Positions 48,032 to 60,000 of a stretch of DNA of 64,000 nt are shown here, piece by piece. Both the position numbers and the translations under genes were made by a program. The notes beneath the pieces were generated by a model. The model was not told the origin of the DNA, searched no databases, and saw nothing but the letters and a program-made list of their open reading frames with translations. Each line of letters begins with the position of its first letter. Position 1 is the stretch's first letter. The stretch comes from an uncultured Rickettsiales bacterium (GTDB lineage Bacteria > Pseudomonadota > Alphaproteobacteria > Rickettsiales > UBA1997), in the NCBI GenBank assembly GCA_944391075.1, contig CALXSG010000003.1:22767-86766 (forward strand), written 5' to 3'.

Positions 48032-48167
48032 TTTTTTTAATTTTTAAAGGGTTTTGTTCAAGAATTTTATCTATTGTTCTTTCGTTTTTTAAAACAGAAA
48101 TTGATACTAACAATACCAAGGTTAAAATAAAGAATGCAACCATATAAATAAGTGAAATTATACCCAT
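48021..48167 (-). CDS. possible small single-TM protein (48 aa), below the ORF-track cutoff
   Basis: MGIISLIYMVAFFILTLVLLVSISVLKNERTIDKILEQNPLKIKKNDKSK. An aagg sequence lies ~10 nt upstream of the ATG. It overlaps the IalB-like start by 11 nt, suggesting a coupled pair. Confidence 0.3.
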
Positions 48168-48413
48168 ATTATAGTACCTTTGTTATTAATTCACAAATAA
48201 AATATTAAAACTTTATTTATATATTTGCAACATTTTTTATTAATTTTTAAAGATATATATGCGTATTTTTGCAAATAAATATATTTAGGTATTTATTTTA
48301 TTGATATAAATAGAATATAAAAATTTAAATTAAGTATTAATTAAAAAATAAAATACTGATGTGCAATATATTTTAACAATATACATAAAATCACAATCAG
48401 TATATTAAATATA

Positions 48414-48443
48414 TCAAAAAACCACCATAAAAAATTGGTGGTT
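48414..48443 (-). terminator. intrinsic terminator of lpxA
   Basis: The minus strand reads aaccacca-atttttta-tggtggtt followed by tttttt, 7 nt after the lpxA stop. Confidence 0.7.
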
Positions 48444-48449
48444 AAAGTT

Positions 48450-49328
48450 TTATTTTATTTTTGGTGTACAAAATCTTCTGCTAGTATCTGTATTTAAAAA
48501 AGTAACAATATCTTGTATTATTTTATTATTAGGATACTTTTGTCCTTCTGTATTAGCTCTATCAATAACGGAGCCTGCTTCATTTGATTCAAATACATCT
48601 TTATAAAAATGCATTGCTTCTTGTATATCTTTTTTATCGTAATTAGCTCTTTTTAAACCAACTAAATTAAGACCTTGAAGATCGCTTTTTCTGCCATTAT
48701 CAGCATAAGCCATACCATATGGGATTAAATCTTCACCAAGACCAGATAAACCACCTAACATTGCACCATCACCAACTTTTACAAATTGATGTATAGCACT
48801 TAGACCACCAATAACAACATGATTTCCAATATGAACGTGGCCAGCCAATGTTGCATTATTAGCAAATACACAACCATCACCAACTTGACAATCGTGAGCA
48901 ATATGTGTATTAACCATTAATAAATTATTGTTTCCAACTTTTGTAATTAAATGATCGCCTTCTGTTCCTGGATGAATTGTGCAGTGTTCTCTAATACTGT
49001 TGTTATCACCAATTACGATTTCAGATTTTTCGCCGTGATATTTAAGATCTTGTGGATTTTGTCCAATTGCAGCAAATGGATAAATTGTATTACCTTTTCC
49101 TATTGTTGTAAAACCATCGATAACTACATGTGGTTTAATTACGCAATTATCACCAATTTTAACATTAGGGCCAATTACAGAATATGCACCAATTTTAACA
49201 TTATTACCTATAATTGCACCATCTTCAATTATTGCAGTTGGGTGAATTTCACAATTTGTACCAATATTATCATTATTGATAATATCATTGATTATAATAG
49301 TCTTTTTTGTTGTCGCGTAATTTAACAT
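48450..49328 (-). CDS. lpxA: acyl-ACP--UDP-N-acetylglucosamine O-acyltransferase
   Basis: Left-handed beta-helix hexapeptide repeats (IHPTAIIEDGAIIGNNVKIG...), HIAHDCQVGD, and a C-terminal helical domain. About 25 extra N-terminal residues. Confidence 0.85.
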   Translation of the reverse strand: MLNYATTKKTIIINDIINNDNIGTNCEIHPTAIIEDGAIIGNNVKIGAYSVIGPNVKIGDNCVIKPHVVIDGFTTIGKGNTIYPFAAIGQNPQDLKYHGEKSEIVIGDNNSIREHCTIHPGTEGDHLITKVGNNNLLMVNTHIAHDCQVGDGCVFANNATLAGHVHIGNHVVIGGLSAIHQFVKVGDGAMLGGLSGLGEDLIPYGMAYADNGRKSDLQGLNLVGLKRANYDKKDIQEAMHFYKDVFESNEAGSVIDRANTEGQKYPNNKIIQDIVTFLNTDTSRRFCTPKIK

Positions 49329-49440
49329 ATTTTTATATTTTTTTTGCTGTGAATATTATATACATTGATTTTTTTATATACAATAATATTTTTATTACAA
49401 AATATTACAAAAATATTATTCCTATGTGTAAAATAAAAAG

Positions 49441-49468
49441 TTGCATTTTAAAAATAATACTTTATCAT
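49441..49468 (+). promoter_or_regulatory. candidate sigma-70 promoter of the nusA-infB operon
   Basis: ttgcat (49441-49446), 16-nt spacer, tatcat (49463-49468). Confidence 0.35.
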
Positions 49469-49490
49469 ACTGTTTAGTATTAATTAACAT

Positions 49491-49524
49491 AAACCCCTTT
49501 ATTAGAAAATAAATGGGTTTTTTT
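49491..49524 (+). terminator. leader hairpin plus T-run immediately upstream of nusA (attenuator or small-RNA terminator)
   Basis: aaaccc(c)tttatt-agaa-aataaa(t)gggttt is a 13-bp stem with one mismatch, followed by tttt. It ends 12 nt before the nusA ATG. Confidence 0.5.
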
Positions 49525-49535
49525 ATTGACAAAAA

Positions 49536-50924
49536 ATGGTAAATAAAATGAGCAAAAGTCAAGATAGTAATTCAAATAAAGAAATATTATATGTTATTGA
49601 AACCATAGCACAAGAAAAAGATATTCCTGTTGACAGCGTTATTGAGGCTATGCAAGAAGGTTTAAAATTAGCAGCTAGAAGAAAATATGGACATGATTTA
49701 TTAGTTGAATGTAAATTAGATAAAAAAACAGGTAAATTAGGACTTTATAATAAATTAGAAATAGTTAGTGATTCTAGTGAAAACGAAACAGAATTTGATC
49801 CAAAAAGACAAATTTCTTTATCAAAAGCAAAAAATGATGTTAAGAAAGGTAAAGTAGAAATTGAAGGTGATGTTAAAATTGGTAATTTTGTTAGACTTGA
49901 ACTACCTAATATTGATTTAAATAGAGTTGCTGTTCAAATAGCAAGAAATGAAATTATTAAAAAAATTAAAGAAGCTGAAAGAGATAAAGAATATAATGAA
50001 TTTATTGATAGAGTTGGTACTATTGTTAATGGCTCAATTAAAAAAATTGGTGTTAAAAACATCGTTGTTGAAGTTGATGGTTATGAAGCTTTATTAACCA
50101 ATGATGGTATGATTCCAGGTGAAAGATTTAGAGTTGGTGATAGAGTTAGAGCTTATATTAAAGAAGTTGTTAAAGAACAAAAAGGAGCACAAATATTCTT
50201 ATCTAGAACTGATAATATGTTCTTAGCTGAATTATTTAGACAAGAAGTTCCTGAAATATATGATGGTATAATTGAAATTAGAGGAATTGCTAGAGATCCA
50301 GGTTCAAAAGCAAAAGTTGCTGTTTATTCTAGAAACGAAACTTCGGATATTATAGGTGCCACTGTTGGTATTAGAGGTGTTAGAGTTCAAGCTGTTACAA
50401 ATGAATTAAGAGGTGAAAAAATTGATGTTATTAGATGGGCTGAAAATCCTGTTGAATATATTGTTAATGCTATTGCACCTGCAAAACCAATTAAGGTTAT
50501 ATATAATGAAGAAAAAAATACAGCTGATGTTGTTTTAGCGCAAGATCAATTAAGTTTAGCTATTGGTAGAGGTGGACAAAATGTTAAATTAGCATCTAAA
50601 ATTACAGGTATAAAGATTGATGTAATGACAGAAGAAGAAGAAAAAGAAAGAAGACTTACAGAGTTCCAAGAATCCACAAAAGAATTAATGGATATATTAA
50701 ATGTTGAAGAAGTTATTGCACAATTATTGGTTGTTGAAGGTTTTGATAATATTAAAACCATAGCTGAAAGTCCAATTGAATCATTAAAAAATATTGAAGG
50801 TTTTGATGATGAAATAGCAAAAGAAATTCAAGATAGAGCTATTGAGTATGTTAATGAAAATTATGAAGATGAAGATGATGAAAATGATAGCGAGAGTGAT
50901 GAAGATGATAATGGGGAAGAATAA
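49536..50924 (+). CDS. nusA: transcription termination/antitermination factor NusA
   Basis: NusA N-terminal domain, S1 (GTIVNGSIKKIGVKNIVVEV), two KH domains (GIRGVRVQAV.., LAIGRGGQNVKLASKITG), and an acidic C-terminal tail. The start could be 49536 or 49548. Confidence 0.9.
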   Translation: MVNKMSKSQDSNSNKEILYVIETIAQEKDIPVDSVIEAMQEGLKLAARRKYGHDLLVECKLDKKTGKLGLYNKLEIVSDSSENETEFDPKRQISLSKAKNDVKKGKVEIEGDVKIGNFVRLELPNIDLNRVAVQIARNEIIKKIKEAERDKEYNEFIDRVGTIVNGSIKKIGVKNIVVEVDGYEALLTNDGMIPGERFRVGDRVRAYIKEVVKEQKGAQIFLSRTDNMFLAELFRQEVPEIYDGIIEIRGIARDPGSKAKVAVYSRNETSDIIGATVGIRGVRVQAVTNELRGEKIDVIRWAENPVEYIVNAIAPAKPIKVIYNEEKNTADVVLAQDQLSLAIGRGGQNVKLASKITGIKIDVMTEEEEKERRLTEFQESTKELMDILNVEEVIAQLLVVEGFDNIKTIAESPIESLKNIEGFDDEIAKEIQDRAIEYVNENYEDEDDENDSESDEDDNGEE

Positions 50925-50951
50925 TTTTTATAAATTATAAAGGAAATTGAG

Positions 50952-53588
50952 TTGAGTAACGATAATGAAAATAAAAGAAAGACTCTTAAATTAGGAAAAA
51001 TAAATAATGATATTCAAAAGAATATTGAGTCTTTCACTAAGGGTAGTAAGATTTTAAATAAAACTGAAAATATTAAGAAAGATACTTCTCTTGATAGTAA
51101 GAATGCTACTGAATTTTTAAAGTCTGTTAAGGGTAATAGCTCTTTTATGAATAATGATTTAATAAGACAAAGACAAGAACATAAATCATTTAAGAATTTA
51201 GATACAAAATTCAATATTAATAAAAATAAAAATATTGAAAATGATGTTTCTAAGAAAGAAGAAGTAAAACCACTTGAAACTAATAATAATTCTAGTTCTA
51301 ATTCTAATATTCAAGAAAAGGCTGTGGTTAATATAGATGCGCATAAAATTTTAAGTTCATATGCACAAAAACAAAAGGAAGAAGAAAGAATTAAAAAAGA
51401 AGAAGAAAGAGCTAAAAGAGAAGCTGAACAAAAAAAGAAACAAGAAGAAGAACTTAAAAAATTCAATGCAAAAGCTAACAAAAATAAGATTGATAATAAT
51501 GAAGAAAAATCTTATGAAGATAAGAAGGCAGACAATAATAAATTTAGCAATGTAAATAATGAAAATTCTTCTAAAATTTCATTCAAAAAAGATAATCATA
51601 AGAAATTTAATAAAAAATATGATGATGATGACGATGATGACAATGGTAATAATAAAAATAAACAAAATAATAAAAAAGCAATTCAAACTGCACATTATAC
51701 AAAAAACAAAAATATACACACATACATTTTAAATGATGATGATGACGATGATAATGGTTTTGGTAGAAGAAGAAAAAGTAATAAAAGTTTCTTCAAAAAC
51801 AAAGAAAAAACAGAAGAAGTAGTACATCAAAAAATTATTCAAGATATTGAATTGCCAGAATTTATTACTGTTGCTGATTTAGCTGAAAAAATGAATGAAA
51901 AAAAGGCTGATGTTGTTAAAAAATTAATTTCAATGGGTATGCCTTGTACTGTTAATCAAACAATAGATGCTGATACAGCTGAGTTGGTTGTTGTTGAGTT
52001 CGGCCATAATGTTGTGAAGAGAACTACTGAACATGATATTGAAGATAAATTAGGCGAAGAACAAGGAAGTAAATTTGTTTCAAGAGCTCCTGTTGTTACA
52101 ATTATGGGACACGTTGATCATGGTAAAACTTCTTTACTTGATGCTATTAGAACAACACATGTTGCCGAAGGTGAATCTGGTGGTATTACACAACATATTG
52201 GTGCTTCAAGAGTTGAAGTTGAAAATGGTAAATTTATTACTTTTATTGATACACCAGGACATGAAGCATTTACAGAAATGAGAATGAGGGGTGCTAGTAT
52301 TACTGATATAGTTGTATTAGTTGTTGCTGCTGATGATGGTGTTAAAGATCAAACTATTGAAGCTATTAATCACTCAAAAGCTGCGGGTGTTCCTATAATT
52401 CTTGCTATAAATAAAATTGATAAGCCAGGTGCCGATCCTATGAGAGTTAAACAAGAATTATTACAATACGATATTGTTACAGAAGACTTTGGTGGTGAAG
52501 TAATGGCCGTTGAAGTTTCTGCTAAACAAAAAATAGGTTTAGAAAAATTAAGAGAAGCTATTTTATTGCAAGCTGAAATTATGGAATTAAAAGCTCCAAT
52601 AGATGTTAAACCTGCTGGTGCTATTATAGAAGCTAAGATGGATCAAAAAAGAGGTCCTATTGCTAGTTTATTAGTTCAAAAGGGTATTTTAAAAGTTGGT
52701 GATTTAGTTTTAGCTGGTACATCTTATGGTAAAATTAGAAAGATGGTAGATGATAAACATAAACCACAGAAAGAAGCTTCACCATCAATGGCTGTTGAAA
52801 TTCTTGGTTTTGATTCTGTACCTACTGCTGGTGATCAATTTTATGTTCTTGAAGAAGAAAAAGAAGTTAGAGATATTATAGCATATAGAGAAAGAAAAGC
52901 CTTAGAAAATAAAGTAGCTAAAAGAAGTGTAAAAAGTTTAGATTCCATGCTTAAAACCGTTGGTGGAAAATCTGCTAAACTTTTACCAGTTATTATTAAA
53001 GCTGATGTTAATGGTTCTATTGAAGCTATTATTGGTACTTTGACTAAATTAAATACTCCAGAAGTTGAAATTGATGTAGTACATTCAGCAACTGGTGCTA
53101 TTAATGAAACAGATGTAAATTTAGCTTCTGTATCTAATGCTTTGATTTTAGGCTTTAATGTTAGAGCTAACCCTAATGCTGTTGATTTAGCAAAAGAAAA
53201 AGATATAGATATTAGGTATTATTCAATTATTTATAATATAGTTGATGATATTAAAAATATTTTAAGTGGTATGCTTGAACCTGTAAAGAAAGAAGAAATT
53301 ATGGGACATGCAGAAGTTAGACAAGTATTTAAGATTACAGGTGTTGGAAAAGTTGCAGGAAGCTTTGTTCTTGATGGTGAAATTTCCAGAAACGACAAAG
53401 TTAGATTAATTAGAGATGGTATTGTAATTTATAGTGGTGATTTAAAAGCTTTAAAAAGGTTTAAAGATGATGTAAAAGAAGTTAAATCAGGTTATGAATG
53501 TGGTATTTCCATTGATAACTATGATGATATAAAGGAAAAAGATATAATAGAAAGCTTTAGAATCACAGAAGAAAAAAGGAGTTTATAA
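50952..53588 (+). CDS. infB: translation initiation factor IF-2
   Basis: K/E/N/D-rich N-terminal region, then the GTPase domain ([25 protein letters not shown]) and C-terminal domains. TTG start preceded by aaggaa. Confidence 0.95.
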   Translation: MSNDNENKRKTLKLGKINNDIQKNIESFTKGSKILNKTENIKKDTSLDSKNATEFLKSVKGNSSFMNNDLIRQRQEHKSFKNLDTKFNINKNKNIENDVSKKEEVKPLETNNNSSSNSNIQEKAVVNIDAHKILSSYAQKQKEEERIKKEEERAKREAEQKKKQEEELKKFNAKANKNKIDNNEEKSYEDKKADNNKFSNVNNENSSKISFKKDNHKKFNKKYDDDDDDDNGNNKNKQNNKKAIQTAHYTKNKNIHTYILNDDDDDDNGFGRRRKSNKSFFKNKEKTEEVVHQKIIQDIELPEFITVADLAEKMNEKKADVVKKLISMGMPCTVNQTIDADTAELVVVEFGHNVVKRTTEHDIEDKLGEEQGSKFVSRAPVVTIMGHVDHGKTSLLDAIRTTHVAEGESGGITQHIGASRVEVENGKFITFIDTPGHEAFTEMRMRGASITDIVVLVVAADDGVKDQTIEAINHSKAAGVPIILAINKIDKPGADPMRVKQELLQYDIVTEDFGGEVMAVEVSAKQKIGLEKLREAILLQAEIMELKAPIDVKPAGAIIEAKMDQKRGPIASLLVQKGILKVGDLVLAGTSYGKIRKMVDDKHKPQKEASPSMAVEILGFDSVPTAGDQFYVLEEEKEVRDIIAYRERKALENKVAKRSVKSLDSMLKTVGGKSAKLLPVIIKADVNGSIEAIIGTLTKLNTPEVEIDVVHSATGAINETDVNLASVSNALILGFNVRANPNAVDLAKEKDIDIRYYSIIYNIVDDIKNILSGMLEPVKKEEIMGHAEVRQVFKITGVGKVAGSFVLDGEISRNDKVRLIRDGIVIYSGDLKALKRFKDDVKEVKSGYECGISIDNYDDIKEKDIIESFRITEEKRSL

Positions 53589-53826
53589 TATATTTTATTG
53601 GATGGGATATGAAAAAATTTTTAAAAAAAATAGAAAAAATATTTAAACATCCTTGCTATAAGCTATATATGATTATTATAAATATAAAAAATAGAAAAGG
53701 TAAAAATAATAAAGTTTTTATTATTGATAAAAATAACAATAAAAAAGAATTTATTTTTATCATTTTCTATTTATAGAATTTAGTGGTAATAATAATATAG
53801 TAGAAATACATGAAGATGCTGCAAAT

Positions 53827-54297
53827 ATGTTTAAAAATATTACATTTTTTATTAATGGTGATAATAATTATGTATTTTTTGATTCTACACATAAAGGCAT
53901 TCACAATATTGAATTGAATATTAGAAATAACAATTCAAAACTTATTGTTGGTAAAGACTTTTATTGTGGTAAATGTAATTTTTATTTGTATGGAGACACT
54001 GAAATCAAAATAGGTAATGATTGTTTGTTCTCTTTTGATTTATTTATATGGGCTACCGATGGACATCCTATATATAATAAAAATAAAGAAAGAATTAATC
54101 CTAATAAAAGTGTTTCAATTGGTAATCATGTATGGATGTGTAGGGGAAGTACTATATTAAAAGGTGGGGCTATTGGTGATGGTTGTATCTTAGGAAATTC
54201 TTCTATGTTGACAAAAGATTATTCTAATTACAAAAATTGTGTTTTAGCCGGAAATCCTGCTAAAATTGTTAAAGAAGATATTTATTGGAAAGATTAA
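53827..54297 (+). CDS. hexapeptide-repeat acyl/acetyltransferase (possibly the 3' part of a frameshifted gene starting at 53609)
   Basis: Left-handed beta-helix repeats (IGNDCLFS.., IGNHVWMCRGSTILKGGAIGDGCILGNSSML). The upstream frame stays open to 53743, and a second frame starting at ATG 53609 ends at 53776. Confidence 0.6.
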   Translation: MFKNITFFINGDNNYVFFDSTHKGIHNIELNIRNNNSKLIVGKDFYCGKCNFYLYGDTEIKIGNDCLFSFDLFIWATDGHPIYNKNKERINPNKSVSIGNHVWMCRGSTILKGGAIGDGCILGNSSMLTKDYSNYKNCVLAGNPAKIVKEDIYWKD

Positions 54298-54321
54298 TTT
54301 ATATAAATAGTCTTATAGAAT

Positions 54322-54343
54322 GGAGGAATTTTTCCTCCTTTTT
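54322..54343 (+). terminator. terminator hairpin after the acetyltransferase gene
   Basis: ggagga-attttt-cctcc followed by ttttt. It overlaps the stop codon of the convergent dus gene. Confidence 0.55.
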
Positions 54344-55301
54344 ATTTATTGAAAAATTTATTAATTTCATCTTTAATTTGTTTAATATCTTTTAGTTGAT
54401 TTATGTTATTTCTAAACTCGTTTGAACCAGTAAGTCCAGCACTATACCAACCAATATGTTTTCTAGCAATAGGAATACCATATTTTTCACCATAATGATC
54501 TATTATTTTATTAAAATGTTCTAAAAGTATTTTTCCTTTTTCTTGTTTTGTTGGTTCTTTAAAAACACCGCCTTGCAACTCTGTTTCTATTTGTTTAAAT
54601 AGCCAAGGTTTACCATATACACCCCTACCAATCATAACACCATCAGCATTGCTTTGTTTTAAAGCTTCAATAACATCTTTTGTTGTTTTTATATCACCAT
54701 TAACCATAACGGGAATTTTAACACTTTCTTTTACTTTTGACACAAACTTCCAATCAGCCACACCTTCATACATTTGATTTCTAGTCCTACCGTGAACTGT
54801 AATTAATTTTACTCCTTCTTCTTCTGCTATTTTTGCAATGGTTGGGGCATTTAAATTATCAAAGTCCCACCCCATTCTCATTTTAACAGTAACAGGAACT
54901 TTTACAGCATTAACAACTGCATGAATAATATCTCTTGCTAATTTTTCATCTTTCATTATTGCGGAACCTGCAAAACCTTTTACAACTTTTTTAACAGGAC
55001 AGCCAAAATTTATATCTATTAAATCAGCTCCTAAATCTTCATTTAGTTTTGCTGCTTCTGCTGTATAATATGTATCATTTCCAGAAATTTGAACAGCATT
55101 TATTTCAAAAGTATTTTTTATTTTTTTTAAATAATCTTTATGGTGAATTGATCTACTAGGTATCATTTCTGTATACATCATACCAACCCCACCAAAACTT
55201 GCTATTGTTTCTCTAAAAGGGGCATCAGTTATACCGCATAAAGGACATAAAAATAAATTATTTTTTGTGGTAATATTTCCAATTTTAATTTGTTTTAGCA
55301 T
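54342..55301 (-). CDS. dus: tRNA-dihydrouridine synthase (DusB/NifR3-like)
   Basis: [36 protein letters not shown].. are classic Dus TIM-barrel motifs. Confidence 0.85.
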   Translation of the reverse strand: MLKQIKIGNITTKNNLFLCPLCGITDAPFRETIASFGGVGMMYTEMIPSRSIHHKDYLKKIKNTFEINAVQISGNDTYYTAEAAKLNEDLGADLIDINFGCPVKKVVKGFAGSAIMKDEKLARDIIHAVVNAVKVPVTVKMRMGWDFDNLNAPTIAKIAEEEGVKLITVHGRTRNQMYEGVADWKFVSKVKESVKIPVMVNGDIKTTKDVIEALKQSNADGVMIGRGVYGKPWLFKQIETELQGGVFKEPTKQEKGKILLEHFNKIIDHYGEKYGIPIARKHIGWYSAGLTGSNEFRNNINQLKDIKQIKDEINKFFNK

Positions 55302-56289
55302 TTTCTGTTTGTGCTTTATTTTTTAATTTTTGTCTATATTGATAAACAAATGTATTATGTTCGTCTAATGTACTTGAAAAATTATGTCCACCATCGCCAG
55401 TAGCTACAAAATATAAATAATTTGTTTTTTCAGGATTTAAAACAGCCTTAATTGCATCTCTTCCGGGATTAGCAATAGCTTTTTTAGGAATACCATTTAT
55501 TCTATATGTATTATATTCGGACATTCTAGCTAAATCACTTTGTCTAATTTCTCTTTCTAAATCTTTATTGCCCATTGTGAAAGAATAAATAACAGTAGGG
55601 TCTGATTGTAATCTCATACCTTTTCTTAATCTATTAACAAAAACAGATGCAACTTTACCCCTTTCTTCTGGTATACCAGTTTCTTTTTCAACTATTGAAG
55701 CAAGACTAATAGCTTCTTCTTTTGTTTCAAAAGGTAAATCATATGCTCTTTTTAGCCATTCTTGATCTAAAAAATCTTTCATAGCTTTTTGCATTCTCTT
55801 TACTATACTAGATTTTGAATCGCCATATGTATATGTATATGTCTCTGGCAATAAAGTTCCTTCTTCTATTTTTTCATTAGGCAAATCACCAAATAGTCCA
55901 TATGTGGAGTCTATCATTTTTAATATTGTATCATTTGTTAAACCTTCTGCAAAAGTGATCTTTCTAATATATACATCGCCATCTTCTAATTGCTTTAATA
56001 TATCATATGGTGAACTGCCTTTTAAAAATTCATATTCTCCGGCTTTTATTGTTAGTTGATTTTTATATATAAGTCTTGATACATTTTTAAATATAAATTT
56101 TGAATTTTCTGGAATTAATTTTTGTTCTCTTAAATTTTTAACAATAGTTCTAAAAGAACTACCTTTTTTTACAATAAAAAATGTATCTTCTTCTACTGAT
56201 GGTGTAGTAAATAAATTATATGTATAATAAGTAAATCCACACAAAACTATTATGCCACACAAAAAAGATATTAATAAAAATTTTTTCAT
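55285..56289 (-). CDS. mltG: endolytic murein transglycosylase MltG (YceG-like)
   Basis: N-terminal TM helix, YceG motifs ([52 protein letters not shown]). The ATG at 56289 is preferred over the track's TTG at 56346. Confidence 0.85.
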   Translation of the reverse strand: MKKFLLISFLCGIIVLCGFTYYTYNLFTTPSVEEDTFFIVKKGSSFRTIVKNLREQKLIPENSKFIFKNVSRLIYKNQLTIKAGEYEFLKGSSPYDILKQLEDGDVYIRKITFAEGLTNDTILKMIDSTYGLFGDLPNEKIEEGTLLPETYTYTYGDSKSSIVKRMQKAMKDFLDQEWLKRAYDLPFETKEEAISLASIVEKETGIPEERGKVASVFVNRLRKGMRLQSDPTVIYSFTMGNKDLEREIRQSDLARMSEYNTYRINGIPKKAIANPGRDAIKAVLNPEKTNYLYFVATGDGGHNFSSTLDEHNTFVYQYRQKLKNKAQTENAKTN

Positions 56290-56332
56290 AAATTCTAAAT
56301 ATTTAATATTGCTAAAAAAATATATACCATTT

Positions 56333-56923
56333 TTAAAACAAGTCAAGTTTTTTAAAATTATTAATTATTATTATTTTTCCTTCACTTGATGTAATGCTAT
56401 CAATTAATTCATAATTAAATTTCCAATATTTTTTTGCTTCATCAATTTCTTCATAAATTTTTTTGCCTTTTAAAAAAATTAATTTTGTATTTTGATTACT
56501 TAAATTTTGCGAAAATTCTAATAATAAATTTATATTAGCCAATGCTCTTGATACTATAATATCAAAAGTTTTATCTTTCACATTATATAAGTTTTCATTT
56601 CTAACAATAATTTTATTTTTAGAAAAATTTTTTGCTTTTTCTAAAAATTCACATTTTCTTATAGACTTTTCAAATAAATGTATTTCTTTTATACCAACTA
56701 TCGATAATGGTATACCTGGTAAGCCAGCACCACTTCCTAAATCGGCAACTTTTATATCTTTATTTTTTATTATATTTATTAATTGTAAACTGTCAATAAT
56801 ATGTCTATTCCATATATCTTCTATTGTAGATTTTCCAATTAAATTAATTTTGTTATTATATTCTAATAAAAATTTAATATAATTTTCTAATTGTTCTTTA
56901 TTTTGTAGTATTAAATTCTCCAT
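56333..56923 (-). CDS. rsmG: 16S rRNA (guanine527-N7)-methyltransferase RsmG (GidB)
   Basis: W.RHIIDSL, SAM-binding DLGSGAGLPGIPL, SRA.. motif. Length is 196 aa. Confidence 0.8.
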   Translation of the reverse strand: MENLILQNKEQLENYIKFLLEYNNKINLIGKSTIEDIWNRHIIDSLQLINIIKNKDIKVADLGSGAGLPGIPLSIVGIKEIHLFEKSIRKCEFLEKAKNFSKNKIIVRNENLYNVKDKTFDIIVSRALANINLLLEFSQNLSNQNTKLIFLKGKKIYEEIDEAKKYWKFNYELIDSITSSEGKIIIINNFKKLDLF

Positions 56924-57029
56924 TGTTGTATAATTTTTTTAAATTAATACTATAATAAAAAAACACTTGATTTTATTTTTCAAGATATTATATACTTATT
57001 TGTTATGTTAATAAATTTATTTTAATTTT

Positions 57030-60000
57030 ATGAAAAAAATAATTAAATTTTTTATTGATAATTATAAGTTGACTTGGATTTTAACACTCATTACAGTTCT
57101 AGCTGGTGTTGCGGGTTTTTCTTTAATTCTTAGAGAAAGAACTCCTACCGTTGATTTAGGTACTGTAAAAATTAACACATTTTATTATGGAGCTACTGCG
57201 GAAGAAATTGAAAGTGAAATCACAAAGAAAATTGAAGATGAATTAAGGGGAATTAAAGGGCTCAAAGATGTTAAATCTGTAAGTCAAAGTAATCAATCAA
57301 TGATCACAATTAGAATTGATATTGATAATTATGATCAAGACGATGTTACAGATGATATACAAACAGCTGTTGATAGAGTAACTGATTTGCCGGCAAATAT
57401 TGATGACTTACCAGAAGTTATTGAAATTAATACCGAAGAATTTGCTGTTATGAAATTAGCAATTTTAGGTAATAATGACAATAGACAAAGGGATGCATTT
57501 GCTGAATATTTGGTTGACGAAATTGAAGATGTAAATGGTGTTTTAGAAGTTGAAGAAACTGGTTATGCAGAAAGGGAATTTTCTGTTATGTTAAATGCAC
57601 CAAAAATGGAAGAACTTTATGTTGGTGTCTCTGAAGTTGTTGATGCATTATCAAAAAGAAATGTAAATTTCCCTGCTGGAAATTTAAAAAGCCATGAAAA
57701 TCAAGGTATTGTTAGACTTGATTCAAAAGCATTAAATGCTGAGGAACTTGAAAATACTTTAATTAGATCAAACTTCAATGGACAAAAAATCTATTTAAAA
57801 GATATTGCAACTGTTCTTGATGGAAAGAAAGAATTAGATGTTATAACTACATATAATGGACAAGATGCTACTTTCTTAGAAGTTAAGAAAAAAGGTGGTT
57901 ATGATAGTATTAAACTTGTTGAACAAATTAATAAGAAAATAGATGATGCCGAAAAAAGATATGGCAATAAATTTGAAGTTGTAAGATATTATGATGAAGC
58001 TATTAAAGTACAACAAAAATTTGATGTTATTAAATCAAATGTTATAAGTGGTGTTTTGATAGTTTTATTCTTTATGTTAATATTCTTGCCTGGAAAAGTT
58101 GGTATTATGGCTACAATGTCAATGCCATTCTGTTTCTTAGTTATGTTGGGTTTAATGCCATCTTTGGGAATAAATTTACACTCAATAAGTATGCTTGCTA
58201 TGGTTATTGCCTTAGGTATGCTTGTTGATAATAGTATTGTTATTAGTGAGAACTTTGTTAGATTAAGAAAAGAAGGCTTTACATCAAAAGAAGCTGCACT
58301 TGAATCTACATATCAAGTATGGCTCCCTGTTACAGCGACTGCTCTTACTACAATTTTTGCTTTTTTGCCTATGTTATTAACAAAAGGTGTTATTGGTAAA
58401 TTTATTACTTCTATACCTATAATAGTTAGTTTAACATTAGCTATTAGTATTTTAGAAGCACTATTCTTATTACCTACTAGACTTGTAGCTGTTGGTGGTA
58501 GTGTTTTAAAGAAAAAATCAGCTAATAAAGCTAGAGAAAGTAATACAGATTGGTTTGATAAAGTTGCTGATAAGTTTGAAAAATTAACTTTATATTTTAT
58601 TAGACATAGATATTTTACATTAGTATTATTTATAATATGTATTGTTTTATCTGGTATATTTATAAGTATGAATAAATTTATTTTATTCCCTGCTGAACAT
58701 GTTGAAAGATATCAAGTTACATATTATGGAAAATTAGGTGATTCATTAGAAAAAATGAATGAAAATTCTATTAGATTAGCTAATGATATTATGAATACAT
58801 TAGGAGATGATGTAAAATATATTACAGCATTTACGGGAAGAAGTGGAAACTTAAATTTAACTGATACTTTACAACAAAACAATCACTCTGCTGAAATGAT
58901 TATTGAAGTTACATATGATGCTTCTAGAAGATTGAATCACTATGAAGTTTTAGAAAAATTAAGAAATATGGATACAAGCTATCTAGAAAAAGTATCATTT
59001 GTTACAGAATCTGCTGGCCCTCCTTCTGGAAAAGCTGTTGAAGTTTCTTTTAGAGGAAATGAGTTTGAAGATATTTATAAAGCAATAAATGTTGTAAAAG
59101 AAAAGGCTAGCAAAGTTGATGGTATTATAGATATTGAATATGATGATTATCAAAATGATGATGAAATAGCTATAAAGCCTGATTATGAAGTATTAGCTAG
59201 ACTTGGACTTACAAGTACAGATGTTGGAAATACAATTAGAGCCTCTCTTGAAGGTATTCCTATTACTTCTATTACATTAAATAATAGAGAGTTTGATATC
59301 AAGGTTAGATATGCTGATGAATACAAACAAACAGAAGAAGATATCAAGAACCTTAAAATTAGGGATGCAAAAGGCAACTTAATACCTTTATATAAAGTTG
59401 CAAAAGTTGAGAGAAAAGAAGGTCCTAGAATGATTAATAGATATAATTTTAAAAGATCTATAACATTTAAGGCAAATGTTGATGAAACTAAAATTACAGC
59501 AATAGAAGCTAATAATTTGATTCAAAAATTCTTTAATGAAATTAAAGATGATAATCCTAATGTAAATATTGTATTTACAGGTGAAAAAGAATCAACAGAT
59601 GAATCATTTGAAAGTTTAGCTATAGCTATGCAGTTTGCATTAGTTGCTATATTTGCTATATTGGTATTTATGACAAATTCATATGCAAAGCCATTACTTA
59701 TCATGACATCAATTCCATTAGGCTTATTAGGTTTTGCTGTTGCTTTCTATTTACATGCTAAACCTGTAAGTTTCTTGGCAATGATTGGTATTGTTGGACT
59801 TGCTGGTATTGTTGTAAATGTTGGTATTGTGTTGATTAGCTTTATTGATGAAATGAGAAAGCATAGTACAATGCCACTAGAAGAAATACTTGCAAAATCT
59901 TCTAGAATGAGACTTAGAGCCGTTACAGTTTCTACATTGACTACTATTTGTGGTTTGTTGCCTACTGCTTATGGTATTGGTGGAACTGATGATGACTTAG

